Part shown: positions 1 through 10,918 of the stretch, one piece after another
Numbering within the stretch: the first letter of the stretch is position 1
Layout: each line of letters opens with the position of its first letter
Source: Lachnospiraceae bacterium
Lineage (GTDB): Bacteria; Bacillota; Clostridia; Lachnospirales; Lachnospiraceae
Reading direction: 5' to 3'
DNA length: 64,000 nucleotides
Assembly (NCBI GenBank): GCA_030526985.1
Contig: JAUNBT010000001.1
Span: 2,838-66,837, forward strand
Made by a program: the position numbers and the translations under genes
The notes under the pieces: generated by a model
Seen by the model: only the letters and a program-made list of their open reading frames with translations
The model's database searches: none
What the model was told of the DNA's origin: nothing

Positions 1-357
1 CTTACATCCAGCTAAACGGAGCCATTCTGCAGCCTGCTCCACGTCTGCATAAGGATCGTCAATCTTGGTAATTACACCGACTACCTCCCGGTTTGATACG
101 GATGTAACGTTAGGGGGATAGAGGGAAAACGGCTCTGTCGCATTCATTAAAAGACCAATGACATCGGCCTCACAGGAATACACAGCCAAAGCACCGGCCA
201 GATTCTTCGTCTCAGCGTATTCTCCCGGTGTATCAATGATAACATCAAAATGATTGACATACTGGGTTTTATGATATGTAATGGTCTCTCCCTTGATTGC
301 CTGCTTCAGTGTCGTCTTGCCGGCTTCACTTCTGCCTACAAACATGATCTTTCTCAT
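1..357 (-). CDS. EutP/PduV-family small GTPase of a microcompartment operon (C-terminus runs off the window edge)
   Basis: Manual reverse-strand translation from ATG at 355-357: MRKIMFVGRSEAGKTTLKQAIKGETITYHKTQYV... The P-loop GxxxxGKT and overall shape are typical of EutP/PduV. It lies directly downstream of a BMC shell gene. It is absent from the ORF track because the window truncates it. Confidence 0.7.
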   Translation of the reverse strand, partial: MRKIMFVGRSEAGKTTLKQAIKGETITYHKTQYVNHFDVIIDTPGEYAETKNLAGALAVYSCEADVIGLLMNATEPFSLYPPNVTSVSNREVVGVITKIDDPYADVEQAAEWLRLAGCK

Positions 358-371
358 CTTTTAACCGCCTC

Positions 372-776
372 TTATCTCTTTGTGATCTTACAGGTATTGT
401 AACCTAATTCTCTGTTACAGTAGCGTACTACTTCCTGAAGAGCAGACTCTACAGAAGAAATCCTTCCTGTTATGATCAGGGTTCCGCTGAAACGGTCAAC
501 GAATCCGAGGTAGATATCGCCTGTTTTAACAGCGATATCACTTGCGATCACTGCTGCCTCTGCAGGAGTCATCTTGATAATTCCAATCGCAGCTTTCTCA
601 AAATCTATATTCGGATTCAATCCTAACTTTCTATATACGATCGGCTTCGGGCTGGCAATAATATGAGCCAGTGTAATCTCACGTCCTGGTACAGTTTCCT
701 GAATAATTCGAAGCAGACCCTCGCTGCTGCTTCCTTCCTGCATTAATTTACTAAAATCCATGTAACCACGCTCCAA
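372..776 (-). CDS. Bacterial microcompartment shell protein, EutS/PduU-like
   Basis: 134 aa. The segment IGIIKMTPAEAAVIASDIAVKTGDIYLGFVDRFSGTLIITG matches the BMC-domain signature of the permuted EutS/PduU type. Confidence 0.7.
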   Translation of the reverse strand: MERGYMDFSKLMQEGSSSEGLLRIIQETVPGREITLAHIIASPKPIVYRKLGLNPNIDFEKAAIGIIKMTPAEAAVIASDIAVKTGDIYLGFVDRFSGTLIITGRISSVESALQEVVRYCNRELGYNTCKITKR

Positions 777-968
777 TCTTCTTTATTTCCTTCAGACCTG
801 TTCTCTGAAGTATTTTCATGCAATACCTCTGTCCTAAGACCAGACAGGCATAGTAATCTCTAATAAATAGTATATCAAAAACAAAAAAGAGGGAAAAGCA
901 ATATTTCCCCCTTTTTGTGATATTTTTTAGTTGTCTTTCTCTCTGACTAAACCATATTCATGGACTTT

Positions 969-1412
969 TTAGACGGCAGTTCCACTTAGGTCTTTCGCTT
1001 TTTTGACCAGCCACGCCTTTTTTATAAGCTGTATATCCAAATCCGGATCAAGTTCGAGAAACAAGGTGAATTTTTCCGCTTCCTTAAATATCTTTCCCGA
1101 TACAGCTTCCTCAACCTGAATATCCACAATCTGTCCACTGACTAAGATAAGTCCCCTGTTATCAAGGACTTCCACTTTATCCCTGATACGAAACTCCCCT
1201 TTAGCAGTCTCACCGTAGACCCATCCCTGTTTTTTGTCTGTACTGCTGCAATCCATGGAACTTTTATCTCCGGCATCCACATAAAACAAATCCGGCTCCG
1301 CAAGGTGAAGCTCATAGATTCTCTTTTTTGCCTCTTCATAAGCCAGTTCTTCTTCTGTCTTTTGGCGGGCTGCTAAAGGAGGCTTCTCCTTCTTTTTATT
1401 CCAAAATATCAT
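969..1412 (-). CDS. Hypothetical protein
   Basis: 147-aa ORF. Its ATG (1410-1412) overlaps the galE stop (TAATG coupling). No family recognised. Confidence 0.5.
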   Translation of the reverse strand: MIFWNKKKEKPPLAARQKTEEELAYEEAKKRIYELHLAEPDLFYVDAGDKSSMDCSSTDKKQGWVYGETAKGEFRIRDKVEVLDNRGLILVSGQIVDIQVEEAVSGKIFKEAEKFTLFLELDPDLDIQLIKKAWLVKKAKDLSGTAV

Positions 1413-2428
1413 TATTCTTCGTAACCGTCCGGATTACTGCTCTGCCATCTCCAGGAGTCTTCGCACATCTCATCTAGGCCTCGTTTTGCTTCCCAGTGTA
1501 ATTCTTCTTTTGCAAGAGAAGGATCTGCATAGCAGGTCGGGATATCCCCGGCTCTTCTCGGCTTAATTTCATAAGGAATCTCTTTGCCACAGGCTTTTTC
1601 AAATGCTTTGACGATATCTAATACACTATATCCAATTCCTGTACCCAGATTGTAGATTAAAACGCCGCCTTTTTGCTCTTTCATCTTCTCAATTGCACGG
1701 ACATGTCCCACAGCAAGATCCACCACATGGATGTAATCTCTTACACCGGTTCCGTCCGGTGTATCATAATCATCGCCAAATACACCTAAGCAGGAGAGTT
1801 TTCCTACTGCGACCTGAGTAATATAAGGCACCAGATTATTCGGGATTCCCTTTGGATTCTCTCCAATCTTTCCACTCTTGTGGGCACCGATTGGGTTGAA
1901 GTAACGAAGCAGTACAATATTCCATTCTGGATCTGCCACATAAAAGTCTCTTAAAATCTCTTCCAGCATCAATTTTGTTCTGCCATAAGGATTGGTAACG
2001 GATAGAGGGAAATCTTCTTTAATCGGCACAGTTGCCGGATTGCCATATACGGTTGCGGATGAGCTGAACACAATATTTTTCACCCCATGGGCTCTCATCA
2101 CGTCACACAAAACCAAGGTGCCCGTAATATTATTATAGTAATATTCCAACGGCTTTTGTACAGACTCACCAACTGCCTTAAGTCCTGCAAAATGAATGAC
2201 AGAATCAATTTTTTCTGCCTCAAAGATGCTCTCCATTGCACTTTTGTCGAGCAAATCTGCTTCATAAAATGTCAGTTCCTTTCCTGTGATTTCCTCTACT
2301 CTTTTTAAAGACTCCTCACAGGAGTTGCAAAGATTATCAACAACAACTACTTCATATCCTGCATTTAACAATTCCACACAGGTATGGCTTCCAATATATC
2401 CGGCTCCTCCGGTTACTAGTATAGACAT
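1412..2428 (-). CDS. galE: UDP-glucose 4-epimerase
   Basis: [15 protein letters not shown] Rossmann motif, plus the YGRTK and DYIHVVDLA motifs typical of GalE. The ATG at 2428 is preceded by AGGGAGAAAG, so it is preferred over the ORF-track start at 2455. Confidence 0.9.
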   Translation of the reverse strand: MSILVTGGAGYIGSHTCVELLNAGYEVVVVDNLCNSCEESLKRVEEITGKELTFYEADLLDKSAMESIFEAEKIDSVIHFAGLKAVGESVQKPLEYYYNNITGTLVLCDVMRAHGVKNIVFSSSATVYGNPATVPIKEDFPLSVTNPYGRTKLMLEEILRDFYVADPEWNIVLLRYFNPIGAHKSGKIGENPKGIPNNLVPYITQVAVGKLSCLGVFGDDYDTPDGTGVRDYIHVVDLAVGHVRAIEKMKEQKGGVLIYNLGTGIGYSVLDIVKAFEKACGKEIPYEIKPRRAGDIPTCYADPSLAKEELHWEAKRGLDEMCEDSWRWQSSNPDGYEE

Positions 2429-2535
2429 ATCTTTCTCCCTTCTAAACTCATACAATCTCAGGTCTTATCCCCATCTGGATTTTTTCCTGTTATCAACATT
2501 TTTCCAAATCATCGTACCTCTTATCCACCTTTTTG

Positions 2536-4227
2536 TCAATAAAGCTTTTTCCGCTCCATTTGGATACTAAGCTGTTTTTTAAAAAAACCAACTCCATAAC
2601 AAATAACTTCCTGATATCCTTCTTCCACAAGATCTGCATAATATTTCTTTTCCTCAATCTGTGCCAATGCTTTTTCACAGGCTTTGTCAAGTCCGCTAAA
2701 ACGATCCGCCACCTTTAATTCCAGCAGAACCAGGGGAATTGTAACATCATAGTTATAAATCAGGATATCGAATCTTCCAATCCCGGCTTCCCGATTTGAT
2801 TTTACAATATATTCTTTCAGATTCGCCATTAACCCCACCAGAAATCCATGATAAAAAGCCTCCCCACTATCCATATAGCTGATTGTGCGGTGCAGCTGTT
2901 TTATCAGCTCTTTTTTGAAAATCTCTGTCTTTCCAGTCAACATACTATCGTACAGTACAGAAAGGTCCTGAAGTTTCACTTCATCACGGAACCAATTTTC
3001 TATCTGATTTCGATAAATCGAGCGCACTTCCCGGTTTGGAAGAGCAAACTTTACGTAAATATCGTCCTCCACCATCTGCTTTCCTGCCTGTTTTAAATAT
3101 CCTGTAAAAAACAGAAAATTCCACAAATTCTCTTCTGACTCATAGATATCGTTATAGGTAATATCTTCGTGCACCTTTTTTTCTATGATTTTTCCCGACA
3201 AAAGCGATTCGATTTCTTCCTGCACTTCCCGTCCGGAACGATACACTAAGTCCCTGACTATTTTGTTAGAACTGGTATTACTCCATTCCGCTGTCGGAAA
3301 CGCATTTTCATCCTCATAAATTCTTTCCACATAATGAAGCACGCTCCATGGGTTATAGACTTCTGCCTTTCCAAACAGATAGCCGTCATACCAGTCTTTC
3401 ATCGTCTCCATTTTGTTCTCTCGACCATAAAAAACAAGCATCTGTCTGACTTCCGATTCTACAAAACCGAAATGTTCACCGTATTGTTCATTTAAGATAG
3501 AAATCGTCTTTAAATTATTTAATCCGGTAAAAATAGACTCTTTGCTAATCCTTAAGCATCCCGTAATAACGGCAAATTCCAAATGTGGATTTGTCTTTAA
3601 TGAAGATTCAAACAGAGAGCGGATAAAAGCTAACATCTCATCATAAAAACCAGAATAATAGGCATTTTCCAACGGTACGTCATATTCATCTATCAGGATA
3701 ATTACTTTTTTTTGGTACACTTCATACAGACATTCTGATAAGAAAGCCAATGATGTATAATACGCACTTTCTCCAGCCTTTTCATCGCGAAGGGCAATAA
3801 ATTTTTCTCTGCGCATTTCATTTTTTAGGTCGGATAAGATACTGTCATGGCGGTAGAATTCTGCTGCAATAGCTTCCCTCATACATTCATATGCAATTTG
3901 AAAGGATGGCTGTTTTGCAGATTTTAAAGTCAGGTTGATTACCGGATATTGTTCCTGCAGACTTGTGTATTTCTGTCCAGCCCCCATAATTTTTAAACCG
4001 TCAAATAATTCTTTTTTACTCCTACCATCTATTGGTTTTTCAAAAAAAACTTTCAGCATACTTAAATTCAACGTTTTACCAAACCGACGGGGACGTGCAA
4101 AAAGATTGACTTTTCCTGTCCTATCAAGAAGTTCTTTGATAAACCATGTTTTATCAACATAGTAATACCCTTTCTCCCTTATCTCTTCAAAATCGTCAAC
4201 TCCAATTGGCAATGGCTTATAGGACAT
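2536..4227 (-). CDS. AAA-ATPase-like / PD-(D/E)XK nuclease family protein (predicted AAA-ATPase N-terminus with a DUF1703-type C-terminus)
   Basis: 563 aa. N-terminus has YYVDKTWFI...RPRRFGKTLNLSML. Middle has VIILIDEYDVP. C-terminus has GRFDILI...LELKV, the PD-(D/E)XK-like core. A GGGAGGG RBS precedes the start. Confidence 0.75.
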   Translation of the reverse strand: MSYKPLPIGVDDFEEIREKGYYYVDKTWFIKELLDRTGKVNLFARPRRFGKTLNLSMLKVFFEKPIDGRSKKELFDGLKIMGAGQKYTSLQEQYPVINLTLKSAKQPSFQIAYECMREAIAAEFYRHDSILSDLKNEMRREKFIALRDEKAGESAYYTSLAFLSECLYEVYQKKVIILIDEYDVPLENAYYSGFYDEMLAFIRSLFESSLKTNPHLEFAVITGCLRISKESIFTGLNNLKTISILNEQYGEHFGFVESEVRQMLVFYGRENKMETMKDWYDGYLFGKAEVYNPWSVLHYVERIYEDENAFPTAEWSNTSSNKIVRDLVYRSGREVQEEIESLLSGKIIEKKVHEDITYNDIYESEENLWNFLFFTGYLKQAGKQMVEDDIYVKFALPNREVRSIYRNQIENWFRDEVKLQDLSVLYDSMLTGKTEIFKKELIKQLHRTISYMDSGEAFYHGFLVGLMANLKEYIVKSNREAGIGRFDILIYNYDVTIPLVLLELKVADRFSGLDKACEKALAQIEEKKYYADLVEEGYQEVICYGVGFFKKQLSIQMERKKLY

Positions 4228-4239
4228 AGCATTCCCTCC

Positions 4240-4575
4240 CTAATCATCGAGATTTAATTGCTTTACCAGCTCCCTGTCACGGTTTAATACGTGATAAGAA
4301 TTCATACCTTTATTTCTGGCACGGTACTCCGCTAAAAGTTGGGGATTGCTGATTACCCGATAGGAATACACCGGAATCACACTGTCTCCCCGCTGTTCTT
4401 CGCAAAGAGCATCCTCCATAAGAATGGCTGCTTCCTCCTCGCTTACATCCGCTTCAAACCGAACGTACTCGTCCGGATCTGATTTAAACTCGATTTCTTT
4501 TCTTTCCAGAGCTTTCTTCATATAGCCCTCCACCGATTTTTTTACATAGATATCTCTCATGCTTTTGCCTCCCAT
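4240..4575 (-). CDS. Hypothetical protein
   Basis: 111-aa ORF overlapping the MATE gene stop. It ends in TAG (4240-4242). No family recognised. Confidence 0.4.
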   Translation of the reverse strand: MGGKSMRDIYVKKSVEGYMKKALERKEIEFKSDPDEYVRFEADVSEEEAAILMEDALCEEQRGDSVIPVYSYRVISNPQLLAEYRARNKGMNSYHVLNRDRELVKQLNLDD

Positions 4576-5909
4576 CTTTCTTTTTTCTTATATTTTCTCA
4601 TCATCCAGATATATTTTCCTACCAGAGGAATATCAGCAAAGATCCATGCCATCGGGGAAGCGAAACAGATTCCCAAATATCCCATCGTCGCCGGAAGTGT
4701 AAGAACAATCAAAATACGTGCCACCAGTTCTCCAATACCACCCATCAACGGTGTCATACCATCTCCTAATCCCTGCAAAGAATTACGGAAAATAAAAAGA
4801 ATGGTAAGAGGAATCTGGAAAAATCCAATGGTTCTAAGATAAGTGGCTGCGTACTCTAATACTTCCTCTGTCGGTTCGCTCAAAAACAGCATTGTAGATG
4901 CTCTGCCGCCAAAGATCATCAAAGCACCAATCAAAAGACTTGCCACCACGCCCATCCAGACAGAGCAGCGGATTCCCTGCCGGATTCTGTCCATTCTCCC
5001 TGCGCCGTAATTTTGTCCACAATAAGTCGACATCGTAAGGCCCAGACTTGCCACCGCCTGGGTAATCAATATTTCCACCTTGCTTGCCGCCGTGTAAGCT
5101 GCAATCGCTGCTGCACCAAATCCATTCAACACGGCCTGAAATACGATAATTCCCACACCGGTAATCACACCCTGCATTGCCATGGGAAACCCGATTTTTA
5201 AATGCTCCCATGCAAGGGACCAGTCAAAGACCATGTCCTCTTTTGTAAGTTTGATAATCTCATAATTTTTAAATGCATAGATTGTACAGACGATGGCTGA
5301 AATCAACTGGGCAAACACAGTCGCATAAGCGGCTCCCGCCACGCCCATATGAAATACAAGAATCAAGATTAAATCCACAATTACATTTAAAACAGAGGAA
5401 AATATCAAAAAATAAAGTGGCGTCTTACTGTCTCCCAAAGCACGGATAATGCTGCTCATCATGTTATAGTAAATCGTTGCAATAAAACCGCAATAGATAA
5501 TCACACTATAAAGCCATGCATCATGAAAAATCTCCTCCGGCGTGTTCATCACTTTAAGAAGCGGTGTTACGGTAAATAGACCAATTCCGGTAATAATCAC
5601 TGTCATAATTCCACATAAAATCAAGCTGGTTACAACAGAGCTTCTAACTCCTTTTGCGTCTCCTGCACCAAATCTCTGGGCTGTAATTACTGCAAATCCA
5701 TTGGTCAGTCCGATTACGGACATAATTACCATAAAAGTGACCGGTCCGGAAGCGCCAACCGCTGCTAGTCCTTCCAGACTGACAAATCTTCCCACTATCA
5801 CGGAATCTACCATGCTGTAAAGCTGCTGAAATACATTTCCAATCAGTGCCGGTATAGTAAACAGCAAAATCAGCTTAAGAGGATTTCCCCTTGTCAAATC
5901 CTTCGTCAT
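4557..5909 (-). CDS. MATE family efflux transporter
   Basis: 450 aa and polytopic. The N-terminus LTRGNPLKLILLFTIPALIGNVFQQLYSMVDSVIVGRF is the classic MATE signature. Confidence 0.85.
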   Translation of the reverse strand: MTKDLTRGNPLKLILLFTIPALIGNVFQQLYSMVDSVIVGRFVSLEGLAAVGASGPVTFMVIMSVIGLTNGFAVITAQRFGAGDAKGVRSSVVTSLILCGIMTVIITGIGLFTVTPLLKVMNTPEEIFHDAWLYSVIIYCGFIATIYYNMMSSIIRALGDSKTPLYFLIFSSVLNVIVDLILILVFHMGVAGAAYATVFAQLISAIVCTIYAFKNYEIIKLTKEDMVFDWSLAWEHLKIGFPMAMQGVITGVGIIVFQAVLNGFGAAAIAAYTAASKVEILITQAVASLGLTMSTYCGQNYGAGRMDRIRQGIRCSVWMGVVASLLIGALMIFGGRASTMLFLSEPTEEVLEYAATYLRTIGFFQIPLTILFIFRNSLQGLGDGMTPLMGGIGELVARILIVLTLPATMGYLGICFASPMAWIFADIPLVGKYIWMMRKYKKKERWEAKA

Positions 5910-5924
5910 ATCTAAACTCTCCCT

Positions 5925-8168
5925 CTAATCCAAACCCGGATTCTTCTCGTTCTCTTCTTCCGGGCTCATTTCTTTTAGTCTGTCACAAAGTCCTGTATAT
6001 CGTTTTAATTCATTACTATTTTCAATCATCTGTGTCACAGTGGACGATAACCCTACGATTGTAACACATTTTCTTGCTCTTGTTACGGCAGTATAAAGAA
6101 GGTTCCGGTTAAATAACACCCTCGGTCCGGTAAAAAGAGGCATCACCACCGCAGGATATTCACTTCCCTGGGATTTGTGGATGGTAATCGCATAGGCAAG
6201 CTCTAACTCGTCCAGCATAGTATAGGAGTATTCTACCATTCTTCCCTCATCGAATTCCACTAAAACCTTTTCGGAAAATGTATTAATCTCGCGGATTCTT
6301 CCCATATCCCCGTTAAAGACACCGACTCCTTCCTCCCGGACAAAGCCTTTCGGGGAACGAATCTGCCACTCCAGCTTGTAGTTATTCTTAATCTGCATGA
6401 CCTTATCTCCTTCCCGAAATAAGGTACCTCTCGCTTCCTTCTCCTGTTTTTCGGCGGAAGCCGGATTAAGATAATGCTGCAAGACCTGATTTAACCGTTC
6501 CACACCTAATTCCCCTTTTCGCATTGGAGTCAGTACCTGAATATCAAAAGGGGAAGAATCCACATAATCCGGCAATTTATCACGAACCAGATAGACAAGT
6601 ACCCCTGTGATTGTCGGTGCATCCCTTCGCTCAAGGAAAAAGAAATCCTGACTTTTATTATTCAGCATCACTGCCTCCCCCCGGTTAATCCGGTGGGCAT
6701 TCATGACAATATCGCTTTTTTCCGCCTGACGAAAAATCTTTTTTAACTCCACAACTGGAAATTGTCCAGAGCGGATTAAATCCTTTAATACGTTTCCCGG
6801 TCCTACGGAAGGAAGCTGGTTACTGTCACCAACTAAAATCATCTTCGTTCCCGGAACAGAAGCCTTCAATAGTGCATACATCAAATTAATATCCACCATG
6901 GACATCTCATCGATAATAATAACGTCTGTATCTAATGGGTTCGAAGCATTTTTTTCAAAATGGGAATCCATTCCCAGTTCTCCGTTCACCTCCAAAAGTC
7001 GGTGAATCGTAGATGCATCGTAACCGGTTGCCTCCTGCATCCGCTTCGCCGCCCTTCCGGTCGGCGCCGCAAGCATCATGGTAAGACCCTCTTTTTCAAA
7101 ATAGCGAATCAGGGCATTGATTGTAGTCGTTTTTCCGGTACCCGGTCCTCCAGTCAGAATAAGTACACCCTGCCCAGCAGCCATCATCAGTGCTTCCCTC
7201 TGTTTTTCATCCAGTGCAATACTCAGTTCTTCCTCGATTGCACGAATCTGTTCTATCAGCTTTTCCTCCTCCCAAGGGTAGGAGAGATTTAAATCCAAAA
7301 GCATCTTAGCCGCATTCAGTTCCATAAAATAATACTGATCGCTAAAAATCTGTTCCTGTCCATCCATGGTCTTAATCATCAGCTTTTTATCAAGGACAAG
7401 CTCCATCAGATGGTCCTCTATAAAGGAGGGCTCCACCCCAATCAACTGTGCCGTTTTGGTAAGAAGCATCTCTTTGGGAAGATAGACATGCCCTGCTCCT
7501 ACTCCCTGCATTAGCGTGTACAAAATGCCGGAGCGGATTCGGTATTCGCTGTCTTTTCGAATTCCCGCTTTCGCTGCAATCTCGTCAGCAATCTTAAATC
7601 CGATTCCGGTGATGTCTTCCGCCATCTTGTACGGATTTTCCCGAATTATTTCGTAGACTCGTTCTCCATATTCTTCATAGATTTTCATTGCATAATGGGT
7701 CGTAATCCCAAAATCAGATAAAAACATCAATGCCTGGCGTACATGCTGCTTCTCATTAAACTGAACTGCAATATCCATCGCCTTTTTTATGGAGATTCCC
7801 TTCACTTCCGCCAACCGTTCCGGTTCTTCCTCGATAATCCGGAAGGTGTCTCCCTTGAATTTTTTAACAATACGCATGGCAAAAGCAGGCCCGATTCCAT
7901 GAATCGCGCCTGAGCCTAAGTATCGTTCCATACCGACTGAATCTTCCGGTACTTTCACTTCATATGTATGCATGCTAAATTGAGGGCCGTGGACCCTGTG
8001 GTCCACGAAATCACCTTCTACACTAATGTATTCTCCTTCTGTAATCAGGGGGAAGCTTCCAACTACGACTTCTTCTCCCTCCTCTGTCTCAAGGGATAAT
8101 ACCGTGTAGCCATTGGCTTCATTGCGATATTTGATATGCTCCACATATCCCTCAATCTTCTCGCTCAT
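5925..8168 (-). CDS. recD2: RecD2-type SF1 ATP-dependent DNA helicase
   Basis: 747 aa. Walker A LTGGPGTGKTT, DEMSMVD (Walker B), VGDSNQLPSVGPG, and a C-terminal ITIHKSQGSEY motif. Confidence 0.85.
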   Translation of the reverse strand: MSEKIEGYVEHIKYRNEANGYTVLSLETEEGEEVVVGSFPLITEGEYISVEGDFVDHRVHGPQFSMHTYEVKVPEDSVGMERYLGSGAIHGIGPAFAMRIVKKFKGDTFRIIEEEPERLAEVKGISIKKAMDIAVQFNEKQHVRQALMFLSDFGITTHYAMKIYEEYGERVYEIIRENPYKMAEDITGIGFKIADEIAAKAGIRKDSEYRIRSGILYTLMQGVGAGHVYLPKEMLLTKTAQLIGVEPSFIEDHLMELVLDKKLMIKTMDGQEQIFSDQYYFMELNAAKMLLDLNLSYPWEEEKLIEQIRAIEEELSIALDEKQREALMMAAGQGVLILTGGPGTGKTTTINALIRYFEKEGLTMMLAAPTGRAAKRMQEATGYDASTIHRLLEVNGELGMDSHFEKNASNPLDTDVIIIDEMSMVDINLMYALLKASVPGTKMILVGDSNQLPSVGPGNVLKDLIRSGQFPVVELKKIFRQAEKSDIVMNAHRINRGEAVMLNNKSQDFFFLERRDAPTITGVLVYLVRDKLPDYVDSSPFDIQVLTPMRKGELGVERLNQVLQHYLNPASAEKQEKEARGTLFREGDKVMQIKNNYKLEWQIRSPKGFVREEGVGVFNGDMGRIREINTFSEKVLVEFDEGRMVEYSYTMLDELELAYAITIHKSQGSEYPAVVMPLFTGPRVLFNRNLLYTAVTRARKCVTIVGLSSTVTQMIENSNELKRYTGLCDRLKEMSPEEENEKNPGLD

Positions 8169-9184
8169 TACTCTTCTCTGCCTGCACCTTTGTCTGCATT
8201 GTGTCCGCCTAAGAATTCAATGTATTTTCCAGTACCAATGGCAACAACAGTAAGCGGATCATCTGCTGTCATTGTATTGATTCCTGTCTTTTCTTCAATC
8301 AATTCTTCTAATCCCTGTACTAAAGAACCGCCTCCGGTAAGAACAATGCCTCTCTCTGCAATATCAGCTGCAAGTTCTGGTGGAGTACGCTCTAATACAT
8401 TGTGTACCGCTTCTACAATCTGAGAAGCAACTTCCTGAAGAGCCTCTCTCGTATCTTCTGAAGTGACTGTAACTGTCTTTGGAAGACCGGTTACAAGATT
8501 ACGTCCTTTGATTTCCATGCTGGCCTCACTTGGACGGCTTGTCACTGTACCAATCTGAATCTTAATCTCTTCCGCTGTTCTCTCGCCAATCAAAAGATTA
8601 TGTTTCTTTCTCACATGACGAACTAATGCCTCATCAAAATCATCCCCGGCTACTTTGATGGAAGTGCTTACCACAGTACCACCAAGAGAGATGACAGCAA
8701 TATCTGAAGTTCCGCCTCCGATATCCACAATCATATTACCGCAAGGTTTAGAAATATCAATGCCGGCACCAATTGCTGCTGCCACAGGCTCTTCAATAAT
8801 GAAAACATCTCTTGCCCCTGCCTGATACGTTGCATCTTCCACTGCCTTCTTCTCAACTTCTGTTGCGCCACTTGGAATACAAACGCTGATTCTTGGTTTT
8901 CTTCCAAAAAAGCTCTTGCCAATGGATCTTTGTACAAAATATTTTAACATCTTCTCTGTCACTGTGTAATCGCTGATTACGCCCTGACGAAGAGGTCTGA
9001 TTGCTACAATGTTGCCCGGAGTACGTCCAATCATCAGACGTGCTTCTTCTCCTATTGCCATTATTTTCTTTGTATCTCTGTTAATAGCTACAACGGATGG
9101 CTCTTTTAAAACTACGCCCTTGCCCTTTACATAGACAAGAATACTCGCTGTACCTAAATCAATTCCGATATCTACGGCTGCCAT
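8168..9184 (-). CDS. mreB: Rod-shape-determining actin homologue MreB/Mbl
   Basis: 338 aa. IGIDLGTASILVY, MIVDIGGGTSDIAVISLGG and GIVLTGGGSLVQGL actin-fold motifs. Its stop overlaps the recD2 start (TAATG). Confidence 0.9.
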   Translation of the reverse strand: MAAVDIGIDLGTASILVYVKGKGVVLKEPSVVAINRDTKKIMAIGEEARLMIGRTPGNIVAIRPLRQGVISDYTVTEKMLKYFVQRSIGKSFFGRKPRISVCIPSGATEVEKKAVEDATYQAGARDVFIIEEPVAAAIGAGIDISKPCGNMIVDIGGGTSDIAVISLGGTVVSTSIKVAGDDFDEALVRHVRKKHNLLIGERTAEEIKIQIGTVTSRPSEASMEIKGRNLVTGLPKTVTVTSEDTREALQEVASQIVEAVHNVLERTPPELAADIAERGIVLTGGGSLVQGLEELIEEKTGINTMTADDPLTVVAIGTGKYIEFLGGHNADKGAGREE

Positions 9185-9465
9185 AATAATAGTCCCCTTT
9201 CGTTAAATCATCACATATCCCATTTATTATATACGATATTGTAATTTTTTCAAATCCTTTTTTCTTATTTTTTCTTAAAATTTGCAGTCATTTTCCGAAC
9301 GAAGGCATAAAATAGTGAAAAAACGGAAATAAATGCTGTATTCTGCCAAAGATCACTCCGCCCTCAATGACATTTTTTCCTTTCTGTGCATATTCTATTC
9401 TATAGTTTATTTATTTGTTTGTCAAAGCCATCTCTTTACAGGAAAACATTTTGAAAGGAGCCTCC

Positions 9466-10230
9466 ATGGAAAAAGCACTCTCCCTTTCCCATGTCACATA
9501 TACCTACCACACCAGCCAGGGAGAAACCAAGGCAGTCGATGATATCACTTTTGATGTAAAAAAAGGCGAATTCAGTGCCATAGTCGGACCCAGCGGCTGT
9601 GGCAAATCCACCTTGCTCCATCTGATTGCCAACCTCCTGACCCCCTCTAGAGGAAATATTTTAATTAAAGGGCGTCCCGTCTCATTAGTCAGTGAAAATA
9701 TCGGATATATGCTGCAGCGGGATCAACTTTTAGAACACAGGACAATTTATCAAAATATTACTCTGGGTCTGGAAATCCAAAAGAAAGTGACAAAGAAAAA
9801 TCTGGAACGAATCAATGAAATGTTAGAGCAGTATGGTCTCTATGATTTCCGCCATGTCTATCCCAGACAGCTTTCCGGAGGAATGCGCCAGCGAGTTGCA
9901 CTAATCCGCACGTTAGCATTATCTCCGGAACTTCTTCTTTTAGATGAGCCTTTCAGTGCCCTTGACTATCAGACCCGCCTTAAAGTCTCCGACGATATCG
10001 GCACAATTATTAAAACAAAAAAAATTACTGCCATCTTAGTCACCCATGATTTATCAGAGGCGATCAGTATGGCAGACCGGGTCATTGTTCTTTCCAGCCG
10101 ACCGGGACGAATCAAAACGATCCTGCCGATTCATTTTGCCATCAAACCAGACTCGCCGGAAGCTGCCAGAAATGCACCGGAATTCAAAGATTATTTTAAC
10201 CGGATATGGAAGGAGATTAAAAATGAATAA
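9466..10230 (+). CDS. ABC transporter ATP-binding protein (nitrate/sulfonate/taurine-type importer family)
   Basis: Walker A GPSGCGKST, signature LSGGMRQRV, Walker B LLLLDEPFSALD. The ATG at 9466 follows AAAGGAG, and the ORF-track start at 9415 has no RBS. Confidence 0.85.
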   Translation: MEKALSLSHVTYTYHTSQGETKAVDDITFDVKKGEFSAIVGPSGCGKSTLLHLIANLLTPSRGNILIKGRPVSLVSENIGYMLQRDQLLEHRTIYQNITLGLEIQKKVTKKNLERINEMLEQYGLYDFRHVYPRQLSGGMRQRVALIRTLALSPELLLLDEPFSALDYQTRLKVSDDIGTIIKTKKITAILVTHDLSEAISMADRVIVLSSRPGRIKTILPIHFAIKPDSPEAARNAPEFKDYFNRIWKEIKNE

Positions 10231-10918
10231 AGAAATATCGAAAGAACAACTCGCCTATCTGGAAGCCCGCAAAGTAACCGCCATCAAAATCCGGCTGATT
10301 CAAATCATCATTTTTGTTGTTTTCTTATGTCTCTGGCAGTTCGCCTCGTCAAAAAAAATCATTAATCCCTTTATTTTCAGCAGTCCTGAACGGATTTTCA
10401 TCTGCTTTTGTCAAATGGTCGTAGATAAAACCCTGTTTCGTCATGTTGGACTTACTCTGATGGAAACTTTTATCAGCTTTTTTCTTGTATTCGCCTTAAG
10501 CGTCGGTATTTCGGTTCTGCTTTGGTGGAACAAGACCCTGTCCTCTATTTTAGAACCTTACCTGGTCGTACTCAACAGCCTGCCGAAATCTGCCTTAGCT
10601 CCGCTTCTACTTGTCTGGTTTGGTGCCACAATACAAATGATTCTGATTACCGCTGTCTCTGTCGTCATTTTCGGCAGTATACTAAATATTTATACCGGAT
10701 TTCAGGAAACAGATCCGGATAAATTAATGTTAATCCGTACACTTCGAGGTAATAAATGGCATTGCCTTAAATTAGTCGTCATTCCCGGCAGTATCCCCAT
10801 TCTATTCGGCGTAATGAAATCCAACATAGGCTTATGCTTAGTTGGCGTCATCATCGCCGAATTCATGGGAGCCAGAGCCGGACTTGGATATTTAATCATT
10901 TATTCCAGCCAGGTCTTT
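10223..10918 (+). pseudogene. ABC transporter permease, 5' part, interrupted by an inserted element
   Basis: The ATG at 10223 overlaps the ATPase stop. TM-rich sequence runs up to ...AGLGYLIIYSSQVF. After 10918 the reading frame leaves permease-like sequence and stops at 10960. The missing C-terminus is found at 16023-16127. Confidence 0.8.

Noticed and set aside
4228-4242. The TAG stops of the 111-aa gene (4240) and of recD2 (5925) are in frame with the next gene, suggesting Pyl read-through fusions
   Set aside because: Each downstream gene (the AAA-ATPase at 4227 and the MATE gene at 5909) has its own strong RBS and ATG. Sharing a frame is a one-in-three coincidence. No family precedent for such fusions is known to me.
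10046-10222. ORF-track N-terminal extension of the permease overlapping the ABC ATPase gene
   Set aside because: The extension is an out-of-frame read through the ATPase coding sequence. The permease begins at ATG 10223 (MNKEISKEQ...), overlapping the ATPase stop.
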